This document shows positions 1 to 10,406 of a DNA stretch of 64,000 nt, in pieces. The stretch is from a virus. Both the position numbers and the translations under genes were made by a program. Below the pieces are notes generated by a model. It saw only the letters and a list, made by a program, of their open reading frames with translations, ran no database searches and was not told where the DNA came from. Position 1 is the first letter of the stretch. Each line of letters starts with the position of its first letter. The stretch is from the IMG/VR virus record IMGVR_UViG_3300025030_000012; one strand, written 5' to 3'.

Positions 1-2
1 AC

Positions 3-3000
3 CAGACGCAGACGCCAACACGACAAGAAGTCCACGCCGCGATGCTCGCCTGGCGCGAGGCGGTGAAGAAAGGGGACCAGAAAGCGACCGACGAGGCGTT
101 CAGCAAATGGCGGGATCTGCGGCATCGGGAGCAGGGGATAGGTGAATCCAGCGCCGCTCTCATACAAGACCAGACGCAGACGAACCCCGACATCCGCCGC
201 TCGGTAGGTGAATCTCCGATCACCACGCAGGCCCGGCTGCAAAACGTCGCCTTCGACTCGGCCAAAGTTCAATGGCAGGACTTCGTGAAGTCGGACCGAA
301 CCTTGAGCCATGTCTACAAGGTCAATACGCCGTTCCATTTGGCTGAAGCAAACTGGAAGGATGGGACGCCGATCTATCCCGGCTTCAAGCCTGTCTACGA
401 AGAAGGGCAGGCGGCGAACTACACCGTGGCCAGGCTGGCGAATGAAGCTGCAGACCTCGCCAAAGACCTGATGCCGCGGATCGAGACGGTCAAAGATGCC
501 CTGCCGGAATGGCTCGGCGGCACGAAGCAGAACAGCCTGAACCGTGAGGGGGTCGAGAAACTGAGCGACGCCCTGATGGCTGGGACTTTGTCCGGTGGTG
601 GTAACCCATTGGAAGGCCGCAAGTGGACCAATGCTGAACTGAAATCCGGGATCACGGAAAGCAAGGAAGGTGCTATTGAAGGGCTCCAGTTAGGCTTCAG
701 GCCGTTGAACGACACCGAGATAGGCGTCTACCATCAAGCTCTGGACTCGGCCGCCTACTCGCTGGAAGAGCACTCCAAAGGCATCCTGTGGCGGCTGGCC
801 GACCAAAAGAAGATCGCCTTGGACGGTGCCATGTCGCTCGAGGAGATGGCCGGGACCGCCGTCGAGGAAGCCCAGGACCGTGTCGGCATCCTACGGACGC
901 AGCAGGAGGACGTGGCCGAGCGCATCAAGGGCGCCCAAGGGGAAGACCTGACCAGAGCCCGGACCGAACTCGGCCGGATCGACCGCAAAATCCAGGAACT
1001 CGATGGTTTCGCCGATCAGGTGAAGGACATCGAGAAAAAGACCAACGGTCTGATCGATCGCGGCTACTTCCCGGCCCTGCGGTTCGGCGAGCACTTCGTC
1101 AACGCCACGGACATGAAGCAGGACGAGGATGGAAACGTCATTCGGACCGAGCGCCACTTCAGCCGGCACGAGAACCAGACTCAGGCGAACATCGCCAAGC
1201 GCGAGGTCCAAAGGCTTTACCCGGAAGCCATGGTGACCTCCGGAATCATGCCCATGGAAGCGAGCAAGCTTTTTCAAGGGCTGAATCTGGACGCCCTCGA
1301 GCTGTTCGCCGAGCACTTGGTCGACGACCAAGGAAATCCGATCAGCAAAGACCCGCTGATGCAGCAGTATTTCCGGCTCGCGGTTCAAGAGCGCAGCAGC
1401 CTGCATCGGGAGCAGCACCGCAAGGGGATCCCCGGTTACTCGAAGGACGTGCCGCGCGTCATGTCGCAGTTCACGACTTCGATGGCTTCTTCAACGGCTC
1501 GGCATTACCACGCCAGCAAGATGATGGCCGCAGTCAAGAACATCCGGGCCGGCGATCTCCAGGACTACGCGACCCGGTACGTGAAGTACCTGCAAGATCC
1601 GAAGGAAGAGGCGAGCTTGGTCCGTTCCGTGCTCGCCAACTACTACATTCTCGGCTCGATCGCCTTCGGTGCCGTGAACTCGGTCCAGCCGGTCTTGATG
1701 ACCGCACCGTACTTGACGCAGTACACCAGTTGGGCGAGCGCGATGAAGCACCTTGGAACCGCCTCGCTCGATATCGTGCGCGGCAAGAAGACGTGGACCG
1801 CAGACGAGCGTGCAGCCTACGAGCGCGCGAGCAAGGAAGGAACGGTCTCCCCGCAGGAACTCCACCAGATCACGGCTCACGGTCGGGCGCAGATGCTCGG
1901 CGATTCACCCCTGTGGCAGAAACTTGAGGCGTTTGCGAACAGCATCGGCATGGGACTGCCGGGCAAGATGGCGCTGCGTAAGGTGCAATTCATGTGGGGG
2001 TCCATTTATGCCTTGACCGAGCAGTTCAACAGAGGAACGACTTTCCTCGCTGCTTATCGCTTGGCGAAGGAACTCAAGAAGTCCGACCCTTACGCTTTCG
2101 CCAAGGAAGCTGTGGACACAACGCAAGTTGTATATTGCGTTGACACCGATACCGAGATCCTTACTGCTGCCGGATGGAAACGGCATAACCAGTTACATAT
2201 CGGCGACTCTGTCTATGCCGTGGATGGCGAAGGTTGTGTGGTAGAGGACAACATACATGACGTACACGTATTCCCCGGTTCTCACGAGATCACTGAATTC
2301 CGTAACGGTAATGGGCTGAGCATCGTGGTCACGGATGACCATAGAAATGTCATTCAAAACTACAGTAGTCGTGACAAAAAGTGGCAATCAATTCGGTATG
2401 TAAAAACCAGTGATCTGAAGGGCTGTAATTTCTTTTTGCGCGCACCGCTTGGTAGTTCCATGAAGCGTGTTGCGCGCTATACCGACGATCAGGTTCGATT
2501 GCTGGCGTGGGTGGCGGCCGAAGGTTCTTTCTTTGCCCATCGTGGTTGTAAGATTAAGAGAGGCGTAGTCATAGTTCAGAGTCAGAGCCACAATCCAGAA
2601 TACGTTAACGAGATTCAAGACCTTCTAATTCGTCTCGGCGGTCATTTCAACAGGACCGAACACTCTCCAGCGAAGCGCGGCGACTGGATGATTGCGTGGA
2701 CTCTCCGTAAGCCGCTGTGGTCGTTCATTGGTGCGGAACTACCTGGTAAGCGAGTGACAATGGAGTTGCTATCGAAGCTTACTGTGCCGCAGATGGCTAT
2801 GTTCCTTCATACCTTTGGGAAAGGAGACGGACATTTTCCACTTGAAGGAGGAATGACAATATCACAAAAGAGCATTGAGACGCTGCATACACTTCAGGCC
2901 ATGGCAGTATTGTCAGGACAATCGTCAACCGTATATGAACGTGTTGGCACACACGATTTCGGCGCTCTTTACGTTGCCAAAAATAGCAAGCGCGCTTACG

Positions 3001-4076
3001 TAAAGGAATTCACAACAACGCGCAAGACAGTAGATACGGTATGGTGTCCGCAGACGGCGCAAGGGACGTGGATAGCGCGGCGCAATGGTAGGACATTCAT
3101 TACCGGAAACTCGAAAGCAAACCGCCCCGAATGGGCGCGCGGGCCGATAGGTTCAGTCGTGATGACCTTCAAACAGTTCAACATCAGCTACATCGAACTG
3201 GCGAAACGTCTCTACACCACGGACAAGAAAGCCTTCGGCATCCTGATGCTGCACCTGTTTGTTCTGGCCGGCGCCGCCGGACTCCCGTTTGCCGAGGACA
3301 TCGAGGATATTCTCGACACTATCGGACAGTGGATGGGGTACGACACCAATACCAGGGCGTCGCTGCGCAAAGCCGTAGCCGGCATGGTTGGTGAGGACAT
3401 CGGCGACTTCTTGTTGCACGGCGTCAGCGCCATTCCAGGAATGCCGATCGACGTGTCGGTCCGTATGGGATTCCAGAATCTCATCCCTGGCACGGCGATG
3501 CTCAAAGTTTCGGAACCGGACGCGACCCGCGATATCCTCGAATTGCTCGGTCCGGCCGGAACCCTGGTGAAGAATCTGAAGACCGCCGTCCAGGAAGCCG
3601 GCATGGGACGCTTTGACAAGGCCAAATTACTCGCTCCGCTTGCAATCCAGAACGTCCTGAAGGGTGCGGATATGTGGGCCACGGACGAATACAAGGACAT
3701 GAAAGGCCGCAAGGTCATCGACGTGGACAAGGTGGACTCCATGTTCAAGATGATTGGGTTGCAGCCTTCCAGTGTCGCCCGGCAGACCCGTCTCGCCGGA
3801 GAAGTCTATCAGGACATCGCGCTCGCCAGAGCGGTTGAGACGGCTATCGCCGACAAGATCGCGCAGTCGATCAACGAGGACAAGCCGGAACTGCGCGAGG
3901 AAGCATTCGCTGAATTGCAGCGGTGGAATGAGCGGAACGTCGATATGCCGATACGGATCAACCGGGCTCAAATCCTGCGTCGCGTGCAGGAGATGCGCAG
4001 CACGAGGGAAAGCCGCGTCATCAAGTCGGCGCCCCGTGAAATGCGTGGCGCGGTGGCGCAGCAACTGACACCATGA
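3..4076 (+). CDS. Giant virion-associated polyvalent protein, C-terminal part (PLxRFG domain), 5'-truncated, intein-containing
   Basis: The frame is open from base 3 (QTQTPTRQEVHAAM...). It contains GYFPALRFGEHFV (PLxRFG-type motif), and the exteins rejoin as DTTQVVY|SKANRPEWARG. It lies at the end of the virion gene block. Confidence 0.75.
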   Translation, partial: QTQTPTRQEVHAAMLAWREAVKKGDQKATDEAFSKWRDLRHREQGIGESSAALIQDQTQTNPDIRRSVGESPITTQARLQNVAFDSAKVQWQDFVKSDRTLSHVYKVNTPFHLAEANWKDGTPIYPGFKPVYEEGQAANYTVARLANEAADLAKDLMPRIETVKDALPEWLGGTKQNSLNREGVEKLSDALMAGTLSGGGNPLEGRKWTNAELKSGITESKEGAIEGLQLGFRPLNDTEIGVYHQALDSAAYSLEEHSKGILWRLADQKKIALDGAMSLEEMAGTAVEEAQDRVGILRTQQEDVAERIKGAQGEDLTRARTELGRIDRKIQELDGFADQVKDIEKKTNGLIDRGYFPALRFGEHFVNATDMKQDEDGNVIRTERHFSRHENQTQANIAKREVQRLYPEAMVTSGIMPMEASKLFQGLNLDALELFAEHLVDDQGNPISKDPLMQQYFRLAVQERSSLHREQHRKGIPGYSKDVPRVMSQFTTSMASSTARHYHASKMMAAVKNIRAGDLQDYATRYVKYLQDPKEEASLVRSVLANYYILGSIAFGAVNSVQPVLMTAPYLTQYTSWASAMKHLGTASLDIVRGKKTWTADERAAYERASKEGTVSPQELHQITAHGRAQMLGDSPLWQKLEAFANSIGMGLPGKMALRKVQFMWGSIYALTEQFNRGTTFLAAYRLAKELKKSDPYAFAKEAVDTTQVVYCVDTDTEILTAAGWKRHNQLHIGDSVYAVDGEGCVVEDNIHDVHVFPGSHEITEFRNGNGLSIVVTDDHRNVIQNYSSRDKKWQSIRYVKTSDLKGCNFFLRAPLGSSMKRVARYTDDQVRLLAWVAAEGSFFAHRGCKIKRGVVIVQSQSHNPEYVNEIQDLLIRLGGHFNRTEHSPAKRGDWMIAWTLRKPLWSFIGAELPGKRVTMELLSKLTVPQMAMFLHTFGKGDGHFPLEGGMTISQKSIETLHTLQAMAVLSGQSSTVYERVGTHDFGALYVAKNSKRAYVKEFTTTRKTVDTVWCPQTAQGTWIARRNGRTFITGNSKANRPEWARGPIGSVVMTFKQFNISYIELAKRLYTTDKKAFGILMLHLFVLAGAAGLPFAEDIEDILDTIGQWMGYDTNTRASLRKAVAGMVGEDIGDFLLHGVSAIPGMPIDVSVRMGFQNLIPGTAMLKVSEPDATRDILELLGPAGTLVKNLKTAVQEAGMGRFDKAKLLAPLAIQNVLKGADMWATDEYKDMKGRKVIDVDKVDSMFKMIGLQPSSVARQTRLAGEVYQDIALARAVETAIADKIAQSINEDKPELREEAFAELQRWNERNVDMPIRINRAQILRRVQEMRSTRESRVIKSAPREMRGAVAQQLTP
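2136..3110 (+). mobile_element. Class 1 intein (325 aa) with LAGLIDADG-type endonuclease region
   Basis: Starts CVDTDTEILT, block B VVTDDH, LAGLIDADG-like LLAWVAAEGS and FLHTFGKGDGH, ends WIARRNGRTFITGN followed by Ser+1. Visibly more AT-rich than the flanks. Confidence 0.9.
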
Positions 4077-4201
4077 CCTCGGCTGCAATCATCGTCGGAT
4101 ACTGTCTGGCTCTGGTCGCGGTCGCCGTCCTCTGCGAACGCTGGTCGCCGCTGGTCATTTTGGCGCTCGTCGGTGTGATTGGCGTTTGGAAGCTGTTTTA
4201 G
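4073..4201 (+). CDS. 42-aa two-helix membrane protein
   Basis: ATGA overlap with the giant gene stop; MTSAAIIVGYCLALVAVAVLCERWSPLVILALVGVIGVWKLF. Confidence 0.55.
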   Translation: MTSAAIIVGYCLALVAVAVLCERWSPLVILALVGVIGVWKLF

Positions 4202-4386
4202 TTTTTCTCGCGGCACCAAAACCGGACATCAGAACATCCTCGATGTCGTCGTCAGGCGGTGGTAGTGGTTTCGACATGGCAAACGCTGCCTTTAACACCG
4301 CAAGTGATGGCGGGTTGTCGCGGTAAATCTTACGGATAATCTTCTTCTTTGGCTTCGTCATTGGACTACTCGGGCTCGGGAAGCTG

Positions 4387-5190
4387 CTATAGGCCGTCAC
4401 GGTGAATCCGCAGTCTCCCGCTCGCCTCGTAAGTCATCGGCAACTGAATCGCATCGCACAGATCGACGCCGGCGAGTTTCTGTAAAGCTGGTATTGCTAG
4501 TCGCGTTCTGAGTTTGCGGATGCGCCACGGCGGTCCTGCTGGCATGTAGATACCACCTTCAGCGATGCAGCCAAGACAGCCTTCAGGGGTGACTTCATCA
4601 TCCCGGTCGTCCACGATGCGCTCCAGTTCCGCGCGCAGTGCCGGACTCATTTCAACGGCCTGTGCATCGGTCGGCCAGTACAGGTTTTGATACGATTCGG
4701 TGAGCCCGTTCTTTGTAATCCAGTGACGCGAGGCGGCGGATAACTGACTCGGATCTTCGTACTGCTCCTGTGTCAGCACACAGGCCCCTTTGTCCTGATA
4801 CCAGCGCTCGGACAACTTGATGAGTTCCGGGTAGCGCCAGTATAGAGGCGTGCCGCGAATCTGCGGATATACAGTCAGCAGACGATCAAATTCTGCGCGA
4901 AGAACATCAGCCTGATTTCCTTCTGTGCCTTCGACCTCGATGGTCACATAAGGGGTTAATGCGTGCCAGCGCTCGTCGTTGTCATCAACCATGATGGCAT
5001 TGAGCGCCCATAGCGGGCGCGGCTCGACGTAGGCCCATTGGATACCGAGTGAACACTTGAAAGCCGTCTTCAGGAAAGAGGCTAGTTCCAGCGCCGGCAT
5101 ACGAGGAATAATCTCTGCCAATGCCTTTACCGGAATCGCAGTCCCGGCCGCAATGGCGGCGAGAGTTTGAAGGAATGATCTGCGGTTCAT
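4387..5190 (-). CDS. Hypothetical protein with twin-arginine (Tat) signal peptide
   Basis: N-terminus MNRRSFLQTLAAIAAGTAIPVKALA has RRxFL, a hydrophobic core and an AxA site. Confidence 0.7.
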   Translation of the reverse strand: MNRRSFLQTLAAIAAGTAIPVKALAEIIPRMPALELASFLKTAFKCSLGIQWAYVEPRPLWALNAIMVDDNDERWHALTPYVTIEVEGTEGNQADVLRAEFDRLLTVYPQIRGTPLYWRYPELIKLSERWYQDKGACVLTQEQYEDPSQLSAASRHWITKNGLTESYQNLYWPTDAQAVEMSPALRAELERIVDDRDDEVTPEGCLGCIAEGGIYMPAGPPWRIRKLRTRLAIPALQKLAGVDLCDAIQLPMTYEASGRLRIHRDGL

Positions 5191-6636
5191 AACACCTCAC
5201 AATGCCCCATCAACTCATCATCCAGCGTGACCTTGACCACGTGCCAGCCGAAGGTATTGGCGTCTTCTTTGATACGGTCTTCAGCAATTTCAGTTGTTGT
5301 GAAATAGAGTTTCCATCCGAAGCCGGGAACATTGGCCGTCCCTGATGCGTTAACTACGAAACCATCAATGATCTGGATCTTCTGGAACACCATGAAGGCA
5401 GTGATCATGCTGCCCTCCTTGAAAGCGGTGATACCCGCGTCTCGAACATTCCGCACAAAATTGGATTCATTTCCATAGCGAGACGGGCACAGTCGGCCGT
5501 ATAGGTGTTGTTCAATTTCCATTCGCCAGAGAGTTCACCAATAGCCGATTGAAACCGAAGTGTCTCCCAAAGACTTTTAGCTCCAAGGTGTCTCTTGGAG
5601 TGAGCGAGCCGAAGCGCCAGATCTTCAAAGCCGACGTAGACGTGAAAGTTTTCCTCCAGCCACCCACGGAAGTCGTCCCGAAACAGCGTCGGCCTCGAGT
5701 CGAGGAAGCACATGGCCGAGTGTTTGCGGGACGAATCCACGGCTGTCAGGCCACGTTCGCCGGATCACTTTCGTCGACGACAGCTCGCTCGACCTCGACT
5801 CCGGCCTTCATCAACCTGACCACGTCCGAGGATGTGGCCGCTTTCGCTGTGAAACGGTCTTTGACGGTGTGCCTGATTGCTTGGGATGGATTGTTGGCTT
5901 CGACCAGATATTGGATTCCGCCAGAGTCAACGTCTGAGAGTTCGTTTACTACGTAGATTCGTGCCATATCATCTCCTTGGGTTAAAGTTGAATCAGTTTA
6001 GGAATAGGCCAGCCGTCACCGGAACTTCCTGCGTTCCGATGTTCCTCTGGGCCTGCGCCCTTTGGTGGCCTGACGGCATGCGATTCTTCTTCCCGGTCCC
6101 CGTATCGTGGGCCTGACGCTTCCTACGTGTTGCCCCGGTTCGTGGCAGTTGCTCGCACACACACTGTCTGCGCTGGCTGGCTAAAGCGCATCGCTTCTGC
6201 TCCGCGCCGGGACGACAACCCGCTTGATACGCTCGGAGTGCGACGCAATCAAGATCACTTATTGCGCAGTTGGAGGTATAGGTCATTTTTTGTCCATCCA
6301 AATACAAAGACCGACCTGGACTACACGGATTGGTCGTCGGAATGTGGAGCAAGCGCCGCAGCACGGCCAAAGCCAGCGGCGACGGTCCCTTGCGGACTTG
6401 GCCGCGGGCGAGATTGGCTAGGCTACGGGGACAGACGTTCATGCTCGTTGCGGTTGTTGTGGCAAATTATAAACCTTGAATGACCGGATGATCTGCCCCA
6501 CTACCGTTGGCGAGCCGTGCTCGTCGGCTACATTGGCGGCGCGTTCCAGGGCGGTATTGATGCGCGCTTGGGCGCACATCTCGCCGTTGTGGCGCTCTTG
6601 CGAGGCAATATCATTCTGGCAGACGCCGCATCTCAT
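5187..6636 (-). CDS. Cluster of small early hypothetical genes (about 5187-5408, 5405-5740, 5746-5967, 6439-6636)
   Basis: Tightly packed or overlapping ORFs, some with SD-like sequences; no recognisable catalytic motifs. Confidence 0.55.
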
Positions 6637-6639
6637 TTC

Positions 6640-6897
6640 TTATTCCTTCTTCGTAGCCGCTTTCACAAGCGTGTGCGGGTACTCCGGCTTGTTCTTGATG
6701 ACCTGCCCGAAGTAGCGCCCCTTACTCTCCGCCGCCATGAAATCGTCGTACACCTTCTGCGGCACGTTGGCGTAGCTGTAGATAGGCCCTTCCGAGGAAG
6801 TCTTGCCGGGGTGGAACTGGATGTAAAGAGTCTGAGTGGCGGCGTCGTAGTCGGTCGCCGCGAGTTGACTGCTGTTAAGGACGGGTTTCAGGTTCAT
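6640..6897 (-). CDS. KTSC domain nucleic-acid-binding protein
   Basis: SSQLAATDYDAATQTLYIQF...YSYANVPQKVYDDFMAAESKGRYF matches the KTSC pattern. Confidence 0.9.
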   Translation of the reverse strand: MNLKPVLNSSQLAATDYDAATQTLYIQFHPGKTSSEGPIYSYANVPQKVYDDFMAAESKGRYFGQVIKNKPEYPHTLVKAATKKE

Positions 6898-7311
6898 GGT
6901 TTTCTCCTTGGTTGACGATCCTTCTCGTAGAGATACAAGCCGCGTTCCAGCAAGATGGAGCGCCAGAATCGTCCGGTCATCATCGCTCCATCACCGAAAC
7001 ATATCTCCGTTTCTCTTTCTTCCAGTTGGTAGCGTGCAACTCGTTGTTTGGGTCTAGCCTGAATACCCTCATTTTGCGAGCATCCTCCAGCGTAATCCCG
7101 AACTGATTCACTGCGGCCGGTTGCTGCTTCGAATTAACCTCCAACAATGCATCAAAACGGGCCTTCCACTCGATGACTTCCTGGTCGGCCTTCAAGGCTC
7201 TGACGCGGTACATATTGCGCTCATCACACACGAGCTTGAATTCACGGCGCAAAACATTCATTTTGCTACGCTCGGTGCGTAGCTGCGTTTCGGCAGACGG
7301 TAATTTCCCCA

Positions 7312-8274
7312 TCAGGAACCTTTCGCCTTCGCCGCACTCTGCTGGATCTCCGCCTTGAACCCCGGCACGTTGAAAAGCTGCTTCTGAGCCGTCGCCGTGC
7401 GGTTGATCGCCACCAGGTCGAGCTTCAGGTAGGCCAGCATCTCCGGGCGGGCTGAAGCTGCAGCACAAATCGCCTTCTTCGCCTCGTGGTCGTCGACCGT
7501 CTGGATTGCTATCCATTTACTACGGAAAGTGGTCCCGACAACCTCCCGCATCTCCGCCGCCGGCTGACTTGTGGCTTGCGCTTCCGCACCGAGGGTCAAC
7601 TGCTGCGCCTTGGCGGCGCCCTCGGCCTCGGCGGACCGGGCCTGCTCGGTAGCCTTGGCCTCGGCCGCCGCACGCGCCTGGGCCTCTTTCCTGGCCTCTG
7701 CCTCGCGCCGGGCGGATTCTTGGGCCGCTTGCTTGTCCCCCTCGTCAATCGCCTTCTGGCGGGCCGCGGCTGCCGCCCGGACCTCGTTTTCGGCCTTCTG
7801 GCGAGCTTCGGCCTCACGGCGGGCCAATTCTTCCTTCTGACGGGTGATTTCGGCTGCTCGTGCCAGCTCGGCTTTGGCTCTGGCTTCGGCCTCGGCCCGG
7901 AGCTTGCGCGCCAGTTCTTCCTTGGCGGCGTTCTCAGCGGCGACACGCTTCTGCTCCTGGGTGCGCCAGCCGAGCAGCTTGCCGTTGTAGCAGGCCACGG
8001 CCGCTTCCAGGTCGTCGATCGCCGGCTTGAACAGGTTCTTGGCTGCTTCGATGATCATTTGGGCCGGGACGATGAATTCCTTGTACTTACCGTCCAAGAC
8101 TTTGACCATGGATTTCGCCCGGTTCGCTTCGCCTGCAACGGCGTCGGCGGTGTCCGGGTCGTCTATCACCCAGGATGCCGCGACGGAAAGCGCCGTCATG
8201 TTGGCTTTGATGAGGGCCTGGGTAGCGGGATCCATGACGAGGGTCGCGCTCAGGGGTTGCTGTTCGGTGTTCAT
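7312..8274 (-). CDS. Coiled-coil protein (possibly Gam-like end-protection protein)
   Basis: Long Ala/Glu/Arg-rich helix next to the exonuclease and recombinase; ATG at 8274 with SD. Confidence 0.45.
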   Translation of the reverse strand: MNTEQQPLSATLVMDPATQALIKANMTALSVAASWVIDDPDTADAVAGEANRAKSMVKVLDGKYKEFIVPAQMIIEAAKNLFKPAIDDLEAAVACYNGKLLGWRTQEQKRVAAENAAKEELARKLRAEAEARAKAELARAAEITRQKEELARREAEARQKAENEVRAAAAARQKAIDEGDKQAAQESARREAEARKEAQARAAAEAKATEQARSAEAEGAAKAQQLTLGAEAQATSQPAAEMREVVGTTFRSKWIAIQTVDDHEAKKAICAAASARPEMLAYLKLDLVAINRTATAQKQLFNVPGFKAEIQQSAAKAKGS

Positions 8275-8297
8275 CCTTTTTCTCCTTTGATGAAAAA

Positions 8298-8906
8298 TTA
8301 CGTCCGATGCTCCTGTAACCAGCGATGCACAGTCAGGCAAGCCAGAAACGTCCCCCAATCGGAATTGCTCTCGAAAACTTGGAGCCTGTAATTCCCGTCC
8401 TTCTGCAGCTTCAATCCAGCACGCCACCGGATTCTCATGTTCGTATCCGGCTGCATCGTGTCCTCGGCGGCGGCGTACCCGGCGAGTTGGCAGCCGGTGC
8501 TCGGATCATCGTAGGCCGAGCGCTTCAAGTCCACGATGCCGCGCCCCTTCAGCTTCGGCAGCTTCGGCGCGCGGCCGAATAGATCCGCGGTGCCTGCGTA
8601 TTTGTACTGGGCATGGAAAACGCGCTTCTCCGACCCATCTACCGCAAACCCGGTGTCATCCTTGAACTTTCTCCAAGCGGCGAGGAACGGGCGCAGCCAT
8701 TCTGGTAGGTTCGCTTCGTCGAGCGTGCCTTCCGTCTCGTACTGCACCATCGCGTGAATGGCCTGACCTTCGGCCCGAGCTTTTACCATGACGCCTTCCG
8801 GGATGTGGGACCAGTTGTTTAGGGATGACAGCACCTGCGTTACGCTCGGTACGATTTTGCCTTCCCAAGCGTACTCGTGGCGTTCTTCGTTGAAGGTCAG
8901 ACTCAC
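8298..8906 (-). CDS. PD-(D/E)XK family phage exonuclease
   Basis: PSVTQVL, GQAIH, SEKRV...YAGTAD...IVDLK, QLAGY motifs. Confidence 0.85.
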   Translation of the reverse strand: MSLTFNEERHEYAWEGKIVPSVTQVLSSLNNWSHIPEGVMVKARAEGQAIHAMVQYETEGTLDEANLPEWLRPFLAAWRKFKDDTGFAVDGSEKRVFHAQYKYAGTADLFGRAPKLPKLKGRGIVDLKRSAYDDPSTGCQLAGYAAAEDTMQPDTNMRIRWRAGLKLQKDGNYRLQVFESNSDWGTFLACLTVHRWLQEHRT

Positions 8907-10402
8907 GTTTCTATTCCAGGCCGATAATCCTGCCACCGTTCAAAGAACAACGTCGAGCCACCTGGCGTCGTGCGCCATGTCGAGGCGACAGCGGCGTGAG
9001 GAATTCTACCTGCGTCACCGTTGTAGTGGCTCGGATTTACAGAGAGAAAATAGTCTTTGAATGAGCCGTCAGGTTCTGCGGTTGAGTTCCTAACCTTGAC
9101 GAAGGTGAGCGGCGTGTCATCGGCGAATTCCTTGCAATATAACTCGCCAAAATCGTCCAGAGAGACCGGCAGCAGGCCGCTGTCCAGAATGTATTTGTCC
9201 TCACCATAGCGGGATACCATGACGCGGCGGACTTCGGCGTTTGTTTCATTCTCTATGTGCTTGACCGTTATCCAGTCCGGGCGCACAATCACGAACGCCG
9301 GGACGAGTACGCCATGCCAGAAATATAGATTTTCAATGTCCGATTCCAAGGCGGCGTAGCTGTCGTTATGCAAACGGCGGCCAGTCTCTGTCGGCTCTAT
9401 ATGAACCGTGGGCTTCGCCACCCAATATAACGTGTCCTCGGTCCAGTATAAAAACCACGCACCAGCGATGAAGGCTTCCAACAGCGGATCTGACCATGCT
9501 TTGACTGCGGGCGTATTCGCGCCGAAGGCCGCAGTAACGATCCATGAGAGATCCCATCGCGCCCACCACCATCCGCTGGATTGTAGGCACCAAGCAGTAA
9601 AACGTTTGATAGACGATAAAGCGTCACGGGCGTCAAGGGCGTCAAGGGCGTCACGGGCGGCACGGGCGTCAAGGGCGTCAAGGGCGGCACGGGCGTCAAG
9701 GGCGTCACGGGCGTCACGGGCGGCACGGGCGTCAAGGGCGTCAAGGGCGGCACGGGCGTCAAGGGCGTCACGGGCGTCACGGGCGTCAAGGGCGGCACGG
9801 GCGGCACGGGCGGCACGGGCGGCACGGGCGTCACGGGCGTCAAGGGCGGCACGGGCGTCACGGGCGTCAAGGGCGGCACGGGCGTCAAGGGCGTCACGGG
9901 CGTCAAAGGCGGCACGGGCGGCACGGGCGTCAAGGGCGTCAAGGGCGTCACGGGCGTCACGGGCGTCAAGGGCGGCACGGGCGTCACGGGCGTCAAGGGC
10001 GGCACGGGCGGCACGGGCGTCAAGGGCGTCAAAGGCGGCACGGGCGGCACGGGCGTCAAAGGCGGCACGGGCGTCACGGGCGGCACGGGCGGCACGGGCG
10101 TCACGGGCGTCAAAGGCGTAAAGGGCGGCACGGGCGGCACGGGCGGCACGGGCGTCACGGGCGTCACGGGCGTCACGGGCGGCACGGGCGTTTGGATTTC
10201 TGTGGCATAAGTCGTCCAAGATCATGTTCACGTTTTTGGACAATGCTGGTTCATCATCCAAGCACCAGCCAGCTTGCAATTGGCGTATCTGTCGGGTGAC
10301 ACCGAGCGCCCTCAAATATATTGTGAGCTGCTGTTCGACAACATTGGCGTCCAGCAGACCAGGATAGTTGCAGGCGTCGATATAGCGTTGTGGCACGCCC
10401 AT
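8903..10402 (-). CDS. DUF6745-like protein with internal (R/L)-(D/A)-A tripeptide repeat
   Basis: Trp-rich C-terminal domain (AWFLYW...RLHN...[10 protein letters not shown]) after a long repeat; adjacent to the RQGDV/HGEVTGHAH partner gene. Confidence 0.65.
   Translation of the reverse strand: MGVPQRYIDACNYPGLLDANVVEQQLTIYLRALGVTRQIRQLQAGWCLDDEPALSKNVNMILDDLCHRNPNARAARDARDARDARAARAARAALYAFDARDARAARAARDARAAFDARAARAAFDALDARAARAALDARDARAALDARDARDALDALDARAARAAFDARDALDARAALDARDARAALDARDARAARAARAARAALDARDARDALDARAALDALDARAARDARDALDARAALDALDARAARDALDALDARDALSSIKRFTAWCLQSSGWWWARWDLSWIVTAAFGANTPAVKAWSDPLLEAFIAGAWFLYWTEDTLYWVAKPTVHIEPTETGRRLHNDSYAALESDIENLYFWHGVLVPAFVIVRPDWITVKHIENETNAEVRRVMVSRYGEDKYILDSGLLPVSLDDFGELYCKEFADDTPLTFVKVRNSTAEPDGSFKDYFLSVNPSHYNGDAGRIPHAAVASTWRTTPGGSTLFFERWQDYRPGIET
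9621..10190. repeat. 9-bp tandem repeat, about 63 units (GGGCGTCAC / GGGCGGCAC / GGGCGTCAA)
   Basis: Directly visible; encodes RDA/RAA/LDA on the minus strand. Confidence 0.95.
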
Positions 10403-10406
10403 GATC

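Noticed and set aside
9397-10185. Alternative-frame ORFs (VTPVPP..., ASRAAR...) over the 9-bp repeat
   Set aside because: By-products of a stop-free repeat; only the frame joined to the DUF6745-like domain has sensible flanks.
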